Virus record (IMG/VR): IMGVR_UViG_3300037470_000506
Coordinates: 1-50,257 of that record
Origin: a virus
Lineage: Duplodnaviria > Caudoviricetes
DNA length: 50,257 nt
Reading direction: 5' to 3' (one strand)
The position numbers and the translations under genes are program-made. Shown one piece after another: positions 18,673 to 27,299 of this stretch (its first letter is position 1; the number at the start of each line of letters is the position of its first letter). Under the pieces are notes generated by a model. It ran no database searches. It was given only the letters and a program-made list of their open reading frames with translations, and was not told the DNA's origin.

Positions 18673-19131
18673 TTACCTGCTCTTGGAGGCTGACGCCTTC
18701 TTCCGGGTAGCCCTCTTCGGAGCAGCCTTGGGCTTCGACTCCGGCTCGCTGTAGCGCGTCGCTGCGAGTGCGATCAGTGCCGCCTCTGGCGTGTCTGCCT
18801 CGATCTCGTACTCGGCGTATAGCGAGGCCAGCGTGACCTCGTCGAGCTTCGCGAGCGCTTCCGACAGCGGGACCACATCGGCGTCGGTCGTCAGCTGCAG
18901 CTCGCCGAACTCCTTGATCGCGGCGACATTCGGCTCCGGTAGCGGTTGGGTCGCCGGATGCGGCCCGACCGAGTCCCCGGTGGCATGGACCTTCGGCGCC
19001 CGGAACTTGTCCGGGAAGGCGCCCACCAGCGCGTCGTTCGCGCGGTACAGGTCGCCTGCCCGGACCAGCACCCGGATGCCGGCCAGGCGAGCCACGAATG
19101 GCCGCCTGGCCTGCAGGAGGTCAACCGTCAT
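18673..19131 (-). CDS. Post-capsid hypothetical protein with basic tail
   Basis: Follows the MCP gene; GDLYRANDALVGAFPDKF; Lys-rich end. Confidence 0.7.
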   Translation of the reverse strand: MTVDLLQARRPFVARLAGIRVLVRAGDLYRANDALVGAFPDKFRAPKVHATGDSVGPHPATQPLPEPNVAAIKEFGELQLTTDADVVPLSEALAKLDEVTLASLYAEYEIEADTPEAALIALAATRYSEPESKPKAAPKRATRKKASASKSR

Positions 19132-20597
19132 CAGGACGGCTCCACGCCCACGCGGAGTAGCCGGAAGGCGTTGTCCACGAGGATCTTGGAGTTGTTGAAC
19201 CAGTAGGCGAAGATGCCGCGCTGGCCGGTCGGACGCCGGGAGGCGCCGAACAGGTGCGGGATGATCTCCATCCGCATCCCGATGCGATCGACGATCAGGA
19301 ACTGGCGGAAGTCACCGAACACCAGGATGTCGGCGTCGTTCTCAACGACCGAATCCATCGTGCTGATCTCGCGAGCCCGATACCCGATCAGCCCACCGGG
19401 GCGGCCCTCCTCGAGCTGCACCCACATGTTGGATCCGCCGTTCTCATCGAACTGGCGAACCTCGTCGTAGATGCTCGACTCGCCCAGGAACTGTCCGCGG
19501 GCGCGGAAGCGCGGGGGTGTCGCGTTCTTGAGGGCGTACACATCCTCGGGACCCATCGAGGCGTCGCCGGTGAACACGAGGCTGGTGGCCGCCAGGGCGC
19601 CGACGATGCCGTCCGGCTGCGTGCCGGTCGTCCCGTCGCCGGTGACGAACGAGCCCGCCTCCTCGGTGTCCTTTGCGTCCTGGATGACCGGCGCGAGCTG
19701 CGCCTGCACCGCGCCCCACGCCAGCTCGAGCTCGATGCTGAGCGGGATGAAGACGTCGACGCGGTTGGTGGCCACCTCGGGGTTCGCGAGGTCGTTCGGG
19801 TCGGCGTCGGCCGCCTCGGCGACCTCCGTCCCGCGGGTGGCGGTCACGCCGGCCGTGGTGACGCCCTGCCACGCCTTGCCGACGATGCGCTCGATGCGCG
19901 CCATGCCGTCGCGAAGCGGGTTGATGACGCCGTCGCTGGTCAGGATGAGCGTCGGGTCGAGCTGGAACGGCACCGCGGCGCCACCGGCGTTATCGGTGCC
20001 CAAGGTCAGCGCGGCGAGCTCGACCGAGTTCAGGTTCGCGCCGCCGCTGCGGAGTGCCTTGCCGAACGCCTGCCCGTAGGACGGGCTGCCGGTGGCCAGG
20101 ATGTGGCGGGCCAGTGCATCGGGATCGTCGACCGTGTCGAAGAGCTTGGTCAGGTCGGCCTTGACCTTGTCCTCTTCGGCATTCGGGTGCGGGTAGACCG
20201 CGCCGTCGATCGCCTTGCGGGCACCGTCAGTCAGCAGCGAGCTGTAGTCGCCGTCGCTGCGCGCGAGCTGGCGGTACGCCGCGAGCTCGAACACGTTGTC
20301 CGGCAGACGCGATCCGCCGCGCAGCGCGCTCGGGCGAGTGTCGGTGCCCACACGCTCATGACGGCTCTCGTCGCCAGCGAGGCCCTCGATGTACTCACGA
20401 CGGGCGTTGAGCTCGGTGATCCGGGCATCCACCTCGACGCGCTGAGTCTTGAGGGCATCCCACTCGGTGGTCGCTTCGGCAGACATCGGCAGGCCGGCGA
20501 ACTCCTTGTCGAGCTCGGCGGTGCGAGCATCGATGAGCGCGCGGTAGTCGGTCAGCTCTTCGACCGTCCGGAGGGAGTTGAGATCTTCCAGTTCCAT
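19131..20597 (-). CDS. Major capsid protein, HK97 fold
   Basis: Coiled-coil delta domain, GGAAVP, GDGTTGTQPDGI, FGDFRQFLIVDR; ATG 20597 with GGAG RBS. Confidence 0.93.
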   Translation of the reverse strand: MELEDLNSLRTVEELTDYRALIDARTAELDKEFAGLPMSAEATTEWDALKTQRVEVDARITELNARREYIEGLAGDESRHERVGTDTRPSALRGGSRLPDNVFELAAYRQLARSDGDYSSLLTDGARKAIDGAVYPHPNAEEDKVKADLTKLFDTVDDPDALARHILATGSPSYGQAFGKALRSGGANLNSVELAALTLGTDNAGGAAVPFQLDPTLILTSDGVINPLRDGMARIERIVGKAWQGVTTAGVTATRGTEVAEAADADPNDLANPEVATNRVDVFIPLSIELELAWGAVQAQLAPVIQDAKDTEEAGSFVTGDGTTGTQPDGIVGALAATSLVFTGDASMGPEDVYALKNATPPRFRARGQFLGESSIYDEVRQFDENGGSNMWVQLEEGRPGGLIGYRAREISTMDSVVENDADILVFGDFRQFLIVDRIGMRMEIIPHLFGASRRPTGQRGIFAYWFNNSKILVDNAFRLLRVGVEPS

Positions 20598-20599
20598 GG

Positions 20600-21742
20600 C
20601 TAGTGACTCCTCGTACGTGATGCGGACGCGCCCCACGCCGCGAGGCGTTCGGCCGGTGTCCTCTTGTCGGCCGCGATCGCCGCAAGCACGTGCTCGGGGA
20701 TCGCGTCGTCAGCGGGGTCCGCATCGCCCTCGTGGGCCTCCTCATGCGGCTCGACAGCCGCGTCGGGGTTGCCCTCGACAGCGGCGAGAAGGGAGTCGTC
20801 CTCGACGGCCGGCTCCAGTGAAATGGCGGCCAGGTTCAGCGGGCTCATCGCCGCGCGATTCGACCGGGAGGGGGCGGCGCGCTTCGCCAGGCGGCGGACA
20901 GTCGCCTCAAGGGTGGCGATGCCATCGACCATGCCGGCGGCCACGGCCTCGTCGGCCAGCAGCATCCGGCCACCGCCGAAGTCAGAAGTGACCTTGCTGG
21001 CGGCGATGCCGCGGCCCTTGGCCACGTCGTTGACGAACATCGAGCCGAAGCGGTTGACGACGCGCTGGATCTCGGCGTGCGCGTCCTCGGACAGCGGCTC
21101 GTGCGGGTTACCCTCAGCCTTGAACGGCGCGTTGTCCGAGGTGATGAGGGTGGTGGTGATGCCCTCGGCTTCCTCGGCGCGGCTCTGGTCGACGTGGCGC
21201 GCGATCGTCCCGATGGCACCGGCCATGCCCGAGGGGGCGATGAGGATCTCGTGGCACTGCGCGGCGATGTAGTAGGCGGCCGACGCGCACCAGTAGTTCA
21301 CGATGGCGGCGATGTGCTTGCCGCCCTTGGCGCGCACGTCGCGCAGGTAGGCCGCGAACTCGGCCAGCCCCTCCACCGAGCCGCCTGGCGAGTCGATGTC
21401 GAGCACGATGGCGTTGATGTCGGGATCGCCGAGCGCCTCGTCGATCGCCCCGCCGAGCTCCTCCAGGCTGGTGCCGCCGGAGAACGCGAGCATGAGGTTC
21501 ATGCGCGGGGCGATGATTCCGTACACCGGGATGACGGCCACGCCGCCGATGTCCTGACGCCCGATGCGCTCGCCGTTCGAGAGCGCCGCCGTCGCTACGC
21601 GGGCCTCGATCTCCTCGGGGGTGAGTTGCTCACCGCGGACGCGCTCCAGGACGACGCGCGCCATGATGTCCAACGTCTCGCGCTCGATCGCCCATGGGCG
21701 GTTGAACACCGTCTGCAGGACGTGCGCGTACCTGTGTCGCAT
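20600..21742 (-). CDS. Prohead protease, S49 (SppA/ClpP-like)
   Basis: LDIDSPGG, CASAAYYIA, GAIG, FKAEGNP. Confidence 0.92.
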   Translation of the reverse strand: MRHRYAHVLQTVFNRPWAIERETLDIMARVVLERVRGEQLTPEEIEARVATAALSNGERIGRQDIGGVAVIPVYGIIAPRMNLMLAFSGGTSLEELGGAIDEALGDPDINAIVLDIDSPGGSVEGLAEFAAYLRDVRAKGGKHIAAIVNYWCASAAYYIAAQCHEILIAPSGMAGAIGTIARHVDQSRAEEAEGITTTLITSDNAPFKAEGNPHEPLSEDAHAEIQRVVNRFGSMFVNDVAKGRGIAASKVTSDFGGGRMLLADEAVAAGMVDGIATLEATVRRLAKRAAPSRSNRAAMSPLNLAAISLEPAVEDDSLLAAVEGNPDAAVEPHEEAHEGDADPADDAIPEHVLAAIAADKRTPAERLAAWGASASRTRSH

Positions 21743-21784
21743 GCAACCACGCTCGGGGTCGCACGGGGTAGCAAGTCAAGAGCC

Positions 21785-21823
21785 CTTGCACATAGCAGCT
21801 ATGTGCAAGATCGCGCAAGATCG
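21785..21823. promoter_or_regulatory. Perfect inverted repeat and direct repeats upstream of the protease-capsid genes
   Basis: CTTGCACATAGC-A-GCTATGTGCAAG (21785-21809); GCAAGATCG twice. Confidence 0.55.
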
Positions 21824-21858
21824 TGTGCTAGTCGCGCGGGTTGAGCGTGGCGCGCCTT

Positions 21859-22101
21859 TTACGGCAGCGGCGGGATGTGCCTCGGTTCGGCGCTCGTCTC
21901 GGCGATGGGCACGACTTCCATCCGTAGATCGTCCTGATACGTCTCGACGTGCTCATGGCGCATCGGGAGCCAGCCGAACCGATCCGGCCGGGCGGGGAGA
22001 AGCATCCAGAAGTAGTCAGCACGGTTCGTGCAGTCGCGCATCTCGCACAGCGGCGCGACGCGCTCGATGCCGACCACGAGCGGCGGCAGATGGACGGTCA
22101 C
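21859..22101 (-). CDS. Hypothetical protein
   Basis: ORF inserted in the head module. Confidence 0.5.
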   Translation of the reverse strand: MTVHLPPLVVGIERVAPLCEMRDCTNRADYFWMLLPARPDRFGWLPMRHEHVETYQDDLRMEVVPIAETSAEPRHIPPLP

Positions 22102-22104
22102 GTC

Positions 22105-22308
22105 TTAGTGGTTCACCGGCCGGGCGCGATTGAGCCACGGATCGTAGACGTACCACACCTCGCAGACGCCGCACTCCCAGTTCTGCGGGAACGGGTAGTT
22201 CGGGCCACCGAGTGGAACCGCTCGGCGCCATTGCTCCGGATGCTCGCACTCGCGCCCCTCGGCCACGAGCATCATCCGGTATGCGTAGAGCGCCTCGGTC
22301 TCCGTCAC
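22105..22308 (-). CDS. Small Zn-ribbon-like protein
   Basis: CEH...CGVC. Confidence 0.55.
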   Translation of the reverse strand: MTETEALYAYRMMLVAEGRECEHPEQWRRAVPLGGPNYPFPQNWECGVCEVWYVYDPWLNRARPVNH

Positions 22309-22691
22309 GTCCGGTACCGATCTTCAGCCCACTCGGCGTGGCCGCCCTCGATGCGATCGCTCCGCCCATGGACGTTCGTCAGGATGTACCGCCCTGGCGG
22401 ATGCTTCGCTCGCGCCTGCTCCCGATACGGCTCGCGTTGATCCTCGGTCATGGTCGCCCACATTCCGGGCGGCACGAGTCCGGCGGCGATCGCCTCGATC
22501 AGCCCAGCATGCCACTCCGGCTTGAGCGCCGGCGCGTTCGGTCGGACGACCCAATTGTTCATGGGTCCGCCGATGAGCGTGATGTTCCCGGTCGGCGGCG
22601 CGTGAGTCAGCCCTGCTGGGCGTCGCGACGTTGCCTTCTCGATCGCCTTGGCGGTGGCGCGCTGGAGGTGGCGGCGGTCGGCGCGGTTCAT
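22305..22691 (-). CDS. Hypothetical protein
   Basis: MNRADRR start; LIGGPMN motif. Confidence 0.6.
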   Translation of the reverse strand: MNRADRRHLQRATAKAIEKATSRRPAGLTHAPPTGNITLIGGPMNNWVVRPNAPALKPEWHAGLIEAIAAGLVPPGMWATMTEDQREPYREQARAKHPPGRYILTNVHGRSDRIEGGHAEWAEDRYRT

Positions 22692-22885
22692 TCGGGGCCG
22701 GCCGATTCCAGCTCATGACAGGGCGAATACGGCCGCGATGAGTGGCACCAGCGCTGGCGCGGCTCGTCTCGGTAGATCGTTCCGTGGCAACGACGACAGT
22801 GCAGTCTCCGCTCGATCTCCCACAGCGACGGCCGTGCGGGACGTGGCGTGGTGATCTCGACCTCCATGCTACCGACGCGGGTCAT
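22688..22885 (-). CDS. Small Cys/His protein
   Basis: CRRC...CH...CH. Confidence 0.5.
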   Translation of the reverse strand: MTRVGSMEVEITTPRPARPSLWEIERRLHCRRCHGTIYRDEPRQRWCHSSRPYSPCHELESAGPE

Positions 22886-23103
22886 GCGACCGGCTCCGCG
22901 TTTTCGACGGCGTCGCGGATGACCTCGCAGAGCGCGAGTAGATGACTGTCCTCGCCTCGCAGGTAGATGACGCGCTGCTCCGGATCGGAAACCGATTCGA
23001 TGCCGACGATACCGCGGTTCACGAGGTCGCCCATCGTCCCGATCAGCCCCTCGACAGGCACCGCGAACGGGACCAGCACTGTTAGCTTCTCCATGCCCGT
23101 CAT
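22882..23103 (-). CDS. Hypothetical protein
   Basis: Coupled ORF after the acetyltransferase. Confidence 0.5.
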   Translation of the reverse strand: MTGMEKLTVLVPFAVPVEGLIGTMGDLVNRGIVGIESVSDPEQRVIYLRGEDSHLLALCEVIRDAVENAEPVA

Positions 23104-23104
23104 C

Positions 23105-23971
23105 CTACGCCTCCCAATCCACGTACTGCCCGCCGTCACCGGGCCTCGAATAGAAGCGCACCCCGTAGCGGCGCAACTGGTCGCGCAGGCGCTCGGATGC
23201 CTCGGTGACGGGGCCTGTGATCCGATGCTCGCCGAAGTCGAACACGGCGCCATGAGTGGCAGCGTGGACGGGCGAGATGGATATGGCAGCGGCTGCTTCA
23301 TCATCGCCGGGGTAGTCACAGACGAAGGCGGTCCGCCACTGATCGAAGGCGGCGTGATCGAAGGGTCGCGGGTAAGCCCGCTCGCGCAGCACCTTGGCCG
23401 GAATGCCGCCTGCCAGCGACCCGGGCGGGATGTCGCGGGTGACGACCGATCCGACGCCGACCACGACATCCGAGCCGATGCTGACGCCCGGATTGACCAC
23501 GGCGCCTGGCAGCCACACGCGATCGCCGAGCGTCACCTCGCCGAAGGCGACCGGGAAGCCGTCGAGAGCCGAGAGGTACGCGCCGTGGGTGTAGAGCTTC
23601 GTCCCGGTGCCGAGCCCGACTTCGCTACCGATGCGGACTGGGCGCGCGGTGTTGATGAACGAGTCGCGGCCCATGTGGAGGAAGTGGCCGGCGCGCAGCG
23701 ACGACTGGCGCTCGAAGCACGAGCCCCCGCCGATGATGGCGCCTGGCAGGATCCACGCCTCCTGGCCGATCTCGATGTCTCGGCCCTCGATGGTCACGTT
23801 CTCATGGACCGTGGAGTAGGCGCCGATGGCCAGGTGGCCCGGTCGCGCGATCTTGATGCGGACGTTCGGCCCGATGGTCACCTGTTCGCCGAGCCACACG
23901 CTGCCCTCGATCTCGGCGGACGGGTGGACCTCGGCGCCCGCGGCCGCATTGACGATGGAGCGGATGCTCAC
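23105..23971 (-). CDS. Left-handed beta-helix (hexapeptide repeat) acyl/acetyltransferase
   Basis: VTLGDRVWL...VNPGVSIGSDVVVGVGSVVTRDIP...GGIPAKVLR; YTH catalytic-type His. Confidence 0.9.
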   Translation of the reverse strand: MSIRSIVNAAAGAEVHPSAEIEGSVWLGEQVTIGPNVRIKIARPGHLAIGAYSTVHENVTIEGRDIEIGQEAWILPGAIIGGGSCFERQSSLRAGHFLHMGRDSFINTARPVRIGSEVGLGTGTKLYTHGAYLSALDGFPVAFGEVTLGDRVWLPGAVVNPGVSIGSDVVVGVGSVVTRDIPPGSLAGGIPAKVLRERAYPRPFDHAAFDQWRTAFVCDYPGDDEAAAAISISPVHAATHGAVFDFGEHRITGPVTEASERLRDQLRRYGVRFYSRPGDGGQYVDWEA

Positions 23972-24267
23972 GATGCCCGCTCCACAGGGGAGCCACATTC
24001 GTCGCACACTTGGATCGGGACCCATCCGGGGCAGGCGTAGGCGGTATGTGTCGAGCCGTGGACGTGATCCGGGTCGGCCGCGATGGGTCGCTCTCGTCGG
24101 TATTTGGCGTCAGCGACGGCATCTCGACGCTGCGAGCACGCGCAGTCGAGGCAGTACCCATGACGACGCGGATTGTCGTACCAGGGATGGCGGCCGTAGA
24201 CGTGGCCACACTCGCACATCTTCGCGTCGAAGTCGGCCTGCGTGCGTCGAGGTCGAACGACGCTCAT
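23968..24267 (-). CDS. Cys/His-rich protein, paralog 1
   Basis: CECGH...H...CLDCAC...CPG...CDEC; closely similar to 40484-40765. Confidence 0.75.
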   Translation of the reverse strand: MSVVRPRRTQADFDAKMCECGHVYGRHPWYDNPRRHGYCLDCACSQRRDAVADAKYRRERPIAADPDHVHGSTHTAYACPGWVPIQVCDECGSPVERAS

Positions 24268-24494
24268 GCCGGGTCCAGCCGGATCGGGAATCCTCCGCGC
24301 TCACTCTCGTAACCCTGTTCTCGGTTGAACGCGCGCTGCTCCTCGGCCATCGCCGCGTCCCATTCGGGGGTGTGGACGATGCCCCGGTAACGCTCGGCGT
24401 TGTATGTCGCGAGGCGGTCCCAGCGATGCTCGCGGTCCCACCGCTCCCACCATTCGCGGTTCCGCCGCTCGCGCCAGTCGTCTAGCCACCTCAT
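24264..24494 (-). CDS. Hypothetical Trp/Arg-rich protein
   Basis: RLATYNAERYRGIVHTPEW. Confidence 0.6.
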   Translation of the reverse strand: MRWLDDWRERRNREWWERWDREHRWDRLATYNAERYRGIVHTPEWDAAMAEEQRAFNREQGYESERGGFPIRLDPA

Positions 24495-24742
24495 GCGTCG
24501 CTGCCTTCGGTCGGGAGCGTGAATGGGGCGGCTCGGTGCCACGGCTCAGAGACATCGATGGCCGCCGCCGCCGCCTCGCGCGCATGTTCGTCGGAGCAAT
24601 AGTGGCTCGGAGGATCGCGATAGACGACCACCCATCCTTCGGGCAATCCCTGCGCAGCCTCAGTGCCGATGGTCGTGGCCGATGCGTCACAAAGGTGGCG
24701 CTCACAGTGCCAGCGGCGAATCTCCATTCGTTGATATGCCAT
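24491..24742 (-). CDS. Small Cys-containing protein
   Basis: CERHLC...PEGW...YCSDEH. Confidence 0.6.
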   Translation of the reverse strand: MAYQRMEIRRWHCERHLCDASATTIGTEAAQGLPEGWVVVYRDPPSHYCSDEHAREAAAAAIDVSEPWHRAAPFTLPTEGSDA

Positions 24743-24764
24743 GTCGTCTCTCCTTTCGGTCTGA

Positions 24765-25397
24765 CTACCAGTGGGCGCGGATCACCTCGAAGGCCTCCGC
24801 TGCCCGGACGCCCGCCTGCACGCCGCGTACGGTCGCCGTGCCGCGGATGAACGCCGGGTCCATGTAGATGCGGTGCGCCTGGCTGCGATAGGTCGCCGCG
24901 TGGCGCACCTTGAGCTCGACGTGCTCCTCCTCCAGCCGGACGTACCCCGCGAACGTCGCCGCGCGGACCGTGTTCATCGCCAGCTCGTAACCCAAGATCG
25001 TCGAGTGCTTGAACGCCCGCACACCTTCCGCGCTGACGGTCGAGTGGTCCTGGTGCACGTCGCTGCCGGTCGGCAGCAGCACGAGGTCATAGTTGCGGTC
25101 GCGGATGTCGATCAGCACGTCGAGCACCTGCTGACGGTGAGTCGGGAAGAAGCGATTGGGCACGTCGTGCAGCGACAGGCGCCCGGGGTCGATGCCGAGC
25201 AGCGCGGTGGCCGCCTGCCACTCGGCGATCAGGTCGGCCGCGCTGAAGCCGTCGGGGATCAGGTCCGCGCACGTGCTGAACGTCACAACATCGACCTCGG
25301 CGCCCGCGGCCGTCAGACGCGCCAGCGTCCCCGCGCAGCCGAACTCGTCGTCAGGGTGCGCACCGAGGAAGAGGACCCGGCGGAAGGCGGTAATCAT
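24765..25397 (-). CDS. PIG-L/LmbE-family N-acetylsugar deacetylase
   Basis: AHPDDE, DVHQDH, YRSQ, AEAF motifs. Confidence 0.92.
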   Translation of the reverse strand: MITAFRRVLFLGAHPDDEFGCAGTLARLTAAGAEVDVVTFSTCADLIPDGFSAADLIAEWQAATALLGIDPGRLSLHDVPNRFFPTHRQQVLDVLIDIRDRNYDLVLLPTGSDVHQDHSTVSAEGVRAFKHSTILGYELAMNTVRAATFAGYVRLEEEHVELKVRHAATYRSQAHRIYMDPAFIRGTATVRGVQAGVRAAEAFEVIRAHW

Positions 25398-25527
25398 CGC
25401 GGCGGTGGAGGGATCGGCCGGGGTCGGGGTCCGGACGGTCGTTCGAACCGCTGGACGCGACCGCCACGGGGCCGGCCGCCTAAGAGCAGGGCCAGGATGA
25501 TGAGCAGGACAATCGCCTCGTCGCCAC

Positions 25528-27147
25528 TCACGACCCGTTCAGCCTCCGCCGCACGGTGTCTCGGCTCACGCCGAGCTCGCGGGCCAGTGAGTCGTAGCCG
25601 GATGGGCGCCCCTCGGCGCGGAGCCGTTCCTGCGCCTCGCGCACCTGGTCGACGGTCACGATGTGCGATGGACCGGGCAGCGCCAGGCGGGCCGGCTCGT
25701 GGGCGATGGTCTCGCGCATGAACAGGTGCGGGAACGCGCCGACCAGCGGATCAGAGGCGTCGAGGTAGGTGCCGCGCTCGATGTGGCGCCCGGCGTGGAT
25801 GCCGGTCACCGGCCAGAAGGTCTGATTGGCGATGGCGGGACCCGATCCCGGCGGCTGGAGCTGGACGCTCACCATGCCGGTGTGGCGCAGCAGGGTCAGG
25901 TCGCCCGACACGACGGCAAGCTTGACCGATTCATGCTCCCAGCCGGCGTTGCCGAGCTTCACGATCGCCTCGGCGTGCTTGCCGAGGACCTCGGCCTCGT
26001 CCTTGCGATCCTCGGCCAGGAACGGGATGTCGCGGTCGTCGTACCACAGCTGCGAAGCGGACGGGACGTCGGTGACCGTCTCCAGCGATCCGGACAGCCC
26101 GCGCCACAGCGGACGCATGGTGCGGTCGCCGAGCAGGCGCCGAGCGGCGAGGAAGTTGCCCGAGTTCAGCGCCGAGCCCTGGAGCCCCTCGCTGATCCCC
26201 ACGACCACCGGATGGACGCCGGCCGCCGCCGCGATGCGCACCTCGCCCGCGCCCTGCACGACCTTGAAGTCCATCTGCTGGAAGTCGCGGCCCACGACCT
26301 CGCTCGATGCTCCACCACCGAGGTACGCGGTCTTGTAGGCGTTCATGACGCCCTTGTGCTCGTCCTCGAACAGCGCAATCCACTCCTTGGCCGCTGCCAG
26401 CGTGACCTTCGGGTCGAGTGTCACGATCATGTTCGGGGTCGCCGCGTTCTCGAAGAACTTCTGCTTGTGAGTGGTGGCCGCCGAGTCCGACAGGATCTCG
26501 CGCAGCACCGGCAGCATCCAGCTCATGCCGCGATACGAGGCCAGCGGGTCGGGGATCGGCGCCCAGTGCGCCACCTCGTCGGGCAGGAAGGTCTGCGGCT
26601 CGTTCCCCGAGCCCAGGCCTCCCGGCACGTAGATGTAGCCAACGACCTCCGCATCCACGTCGTGCGGGTCGAGCGACTCGTTTCGGTTGCGCGAGCCGAG
26701 CAGGATCGATACCCAGTCCGGCCGCAGCCGCTTCAGCCGCCCCGGCCGCCGGGCGATGAAGGCGTTGCCCCCGATGTCCACGTCCAGGATGGCGCGCGCC
26801 AGCAGGTCGCCGGTCTGCTTGCCCGGCTCCGGCTGCTCGAGCAGGCTGAGGGCCGAGGTCCCGAATAGGTCGCCCGGGCGGCCGGAGCGCCGCTGGCGGA
26901 ACTGGAAGCGCGCCTCGCTGAACAGCATGAAGCGCGCGAGCACGCAGGCGAAGATGATGCCGTTGGAGCGGTAGGCACCGTACGTCAGACCCTCGTACGT
27001 CTGCTCGATCTCCTCCTTGTTGCCGACCAGCGTGGTGTTCAGGGTCAGCGGGAAGTTGCCGAAGCTGAACATCTGCGCCCAATCGTCGACGCTCAACGCG
27101 GCGACCTGGCGCGAGGCCGGGAGCAGGTCGCGGATCAGGGCGGTCAT
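25528..27147 (-). CDS. Portal protein (HK97-type) with C-terminal extra domain and HTH
   Basis: GGNAFI...LRPDWV...DEVAH...RGMS...FFENAATP; ends SLARELGVSRDTVRRRL. Confidence 0.92.
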   Translation of the reverse strand: MTALIRDLLPASRQVAALSVDDWAQMFSFGNFPLTLNTTLVGNKEEIEQTYEGLTYGAYRSNGIIFACVLARFMLFSEARFQFRQRRSGRPGDLFGTSALSLLEQPEPGKQTGDLLARAILDVDIGGNAFIARRPGRLKRLRPDWVSILLGSRNRNESLDPHDVDAEVVGYIYVPGGLGSGNEPQTFLPDEVAHWAPIPDPLASYRGMSWMLPVLREILSDSAATTHKQKFFENAATPNMIVTLDPKVTLAAAKEWIALFEDEHKGVMNAYKTAYLGGGASSEVVGRDFQQMDFKVVQGAGEVRIAAAAGVHPVVVGISEGLQGSALNSGNFLAARRLLGDRTMRPLWRGLSGSLETVTDVPSASQLWYDDRDIPFLAEDRKDEAEVLGKHAEAIVKLGNAGWEHESVKLAVVSGDLTLLRHTGMVSVQLQPPGSGPAIANQTFWPVTGIHAGRHIERGTYLDASDPLVGAFPHLFMRETIAHEPARLALPGPSHIVTVDQVREAQERLRAEGRPSGYDSLARELGVSRDTVRRRLNGS

Positions 27148-27299
27148 GCTCGGGCCCGATCGATGTCGACGAACAGCAGGGCGCCGAGCAGCAGGCCAGC
27201 GGTGATCAGCGCGGCCGGTGGGTAGATGAGCGCGATGCCCACCACGATCAGCGCCAGGCTGGCCGCAAACAGGATGGCGGCGATGGTACGGCGGCTCAC
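27144..27299 (-). CDS. Small membrane protein between terminase and portal
   Basis: LIVVGIALIYPPAALITAGLLL. Confidence 0.65.
   Translation of the reverse strand: MSRRTIAAILFAASLALIVVGIALIYPPAALITAGLLLGALLFVDIDRARA

Noticed and set aside
23968-24267. Duplicated gene as a DGR template/variable repeat pair
   Set aside because: No reverse transcriptase in the genome, and differences are not confined to adenines
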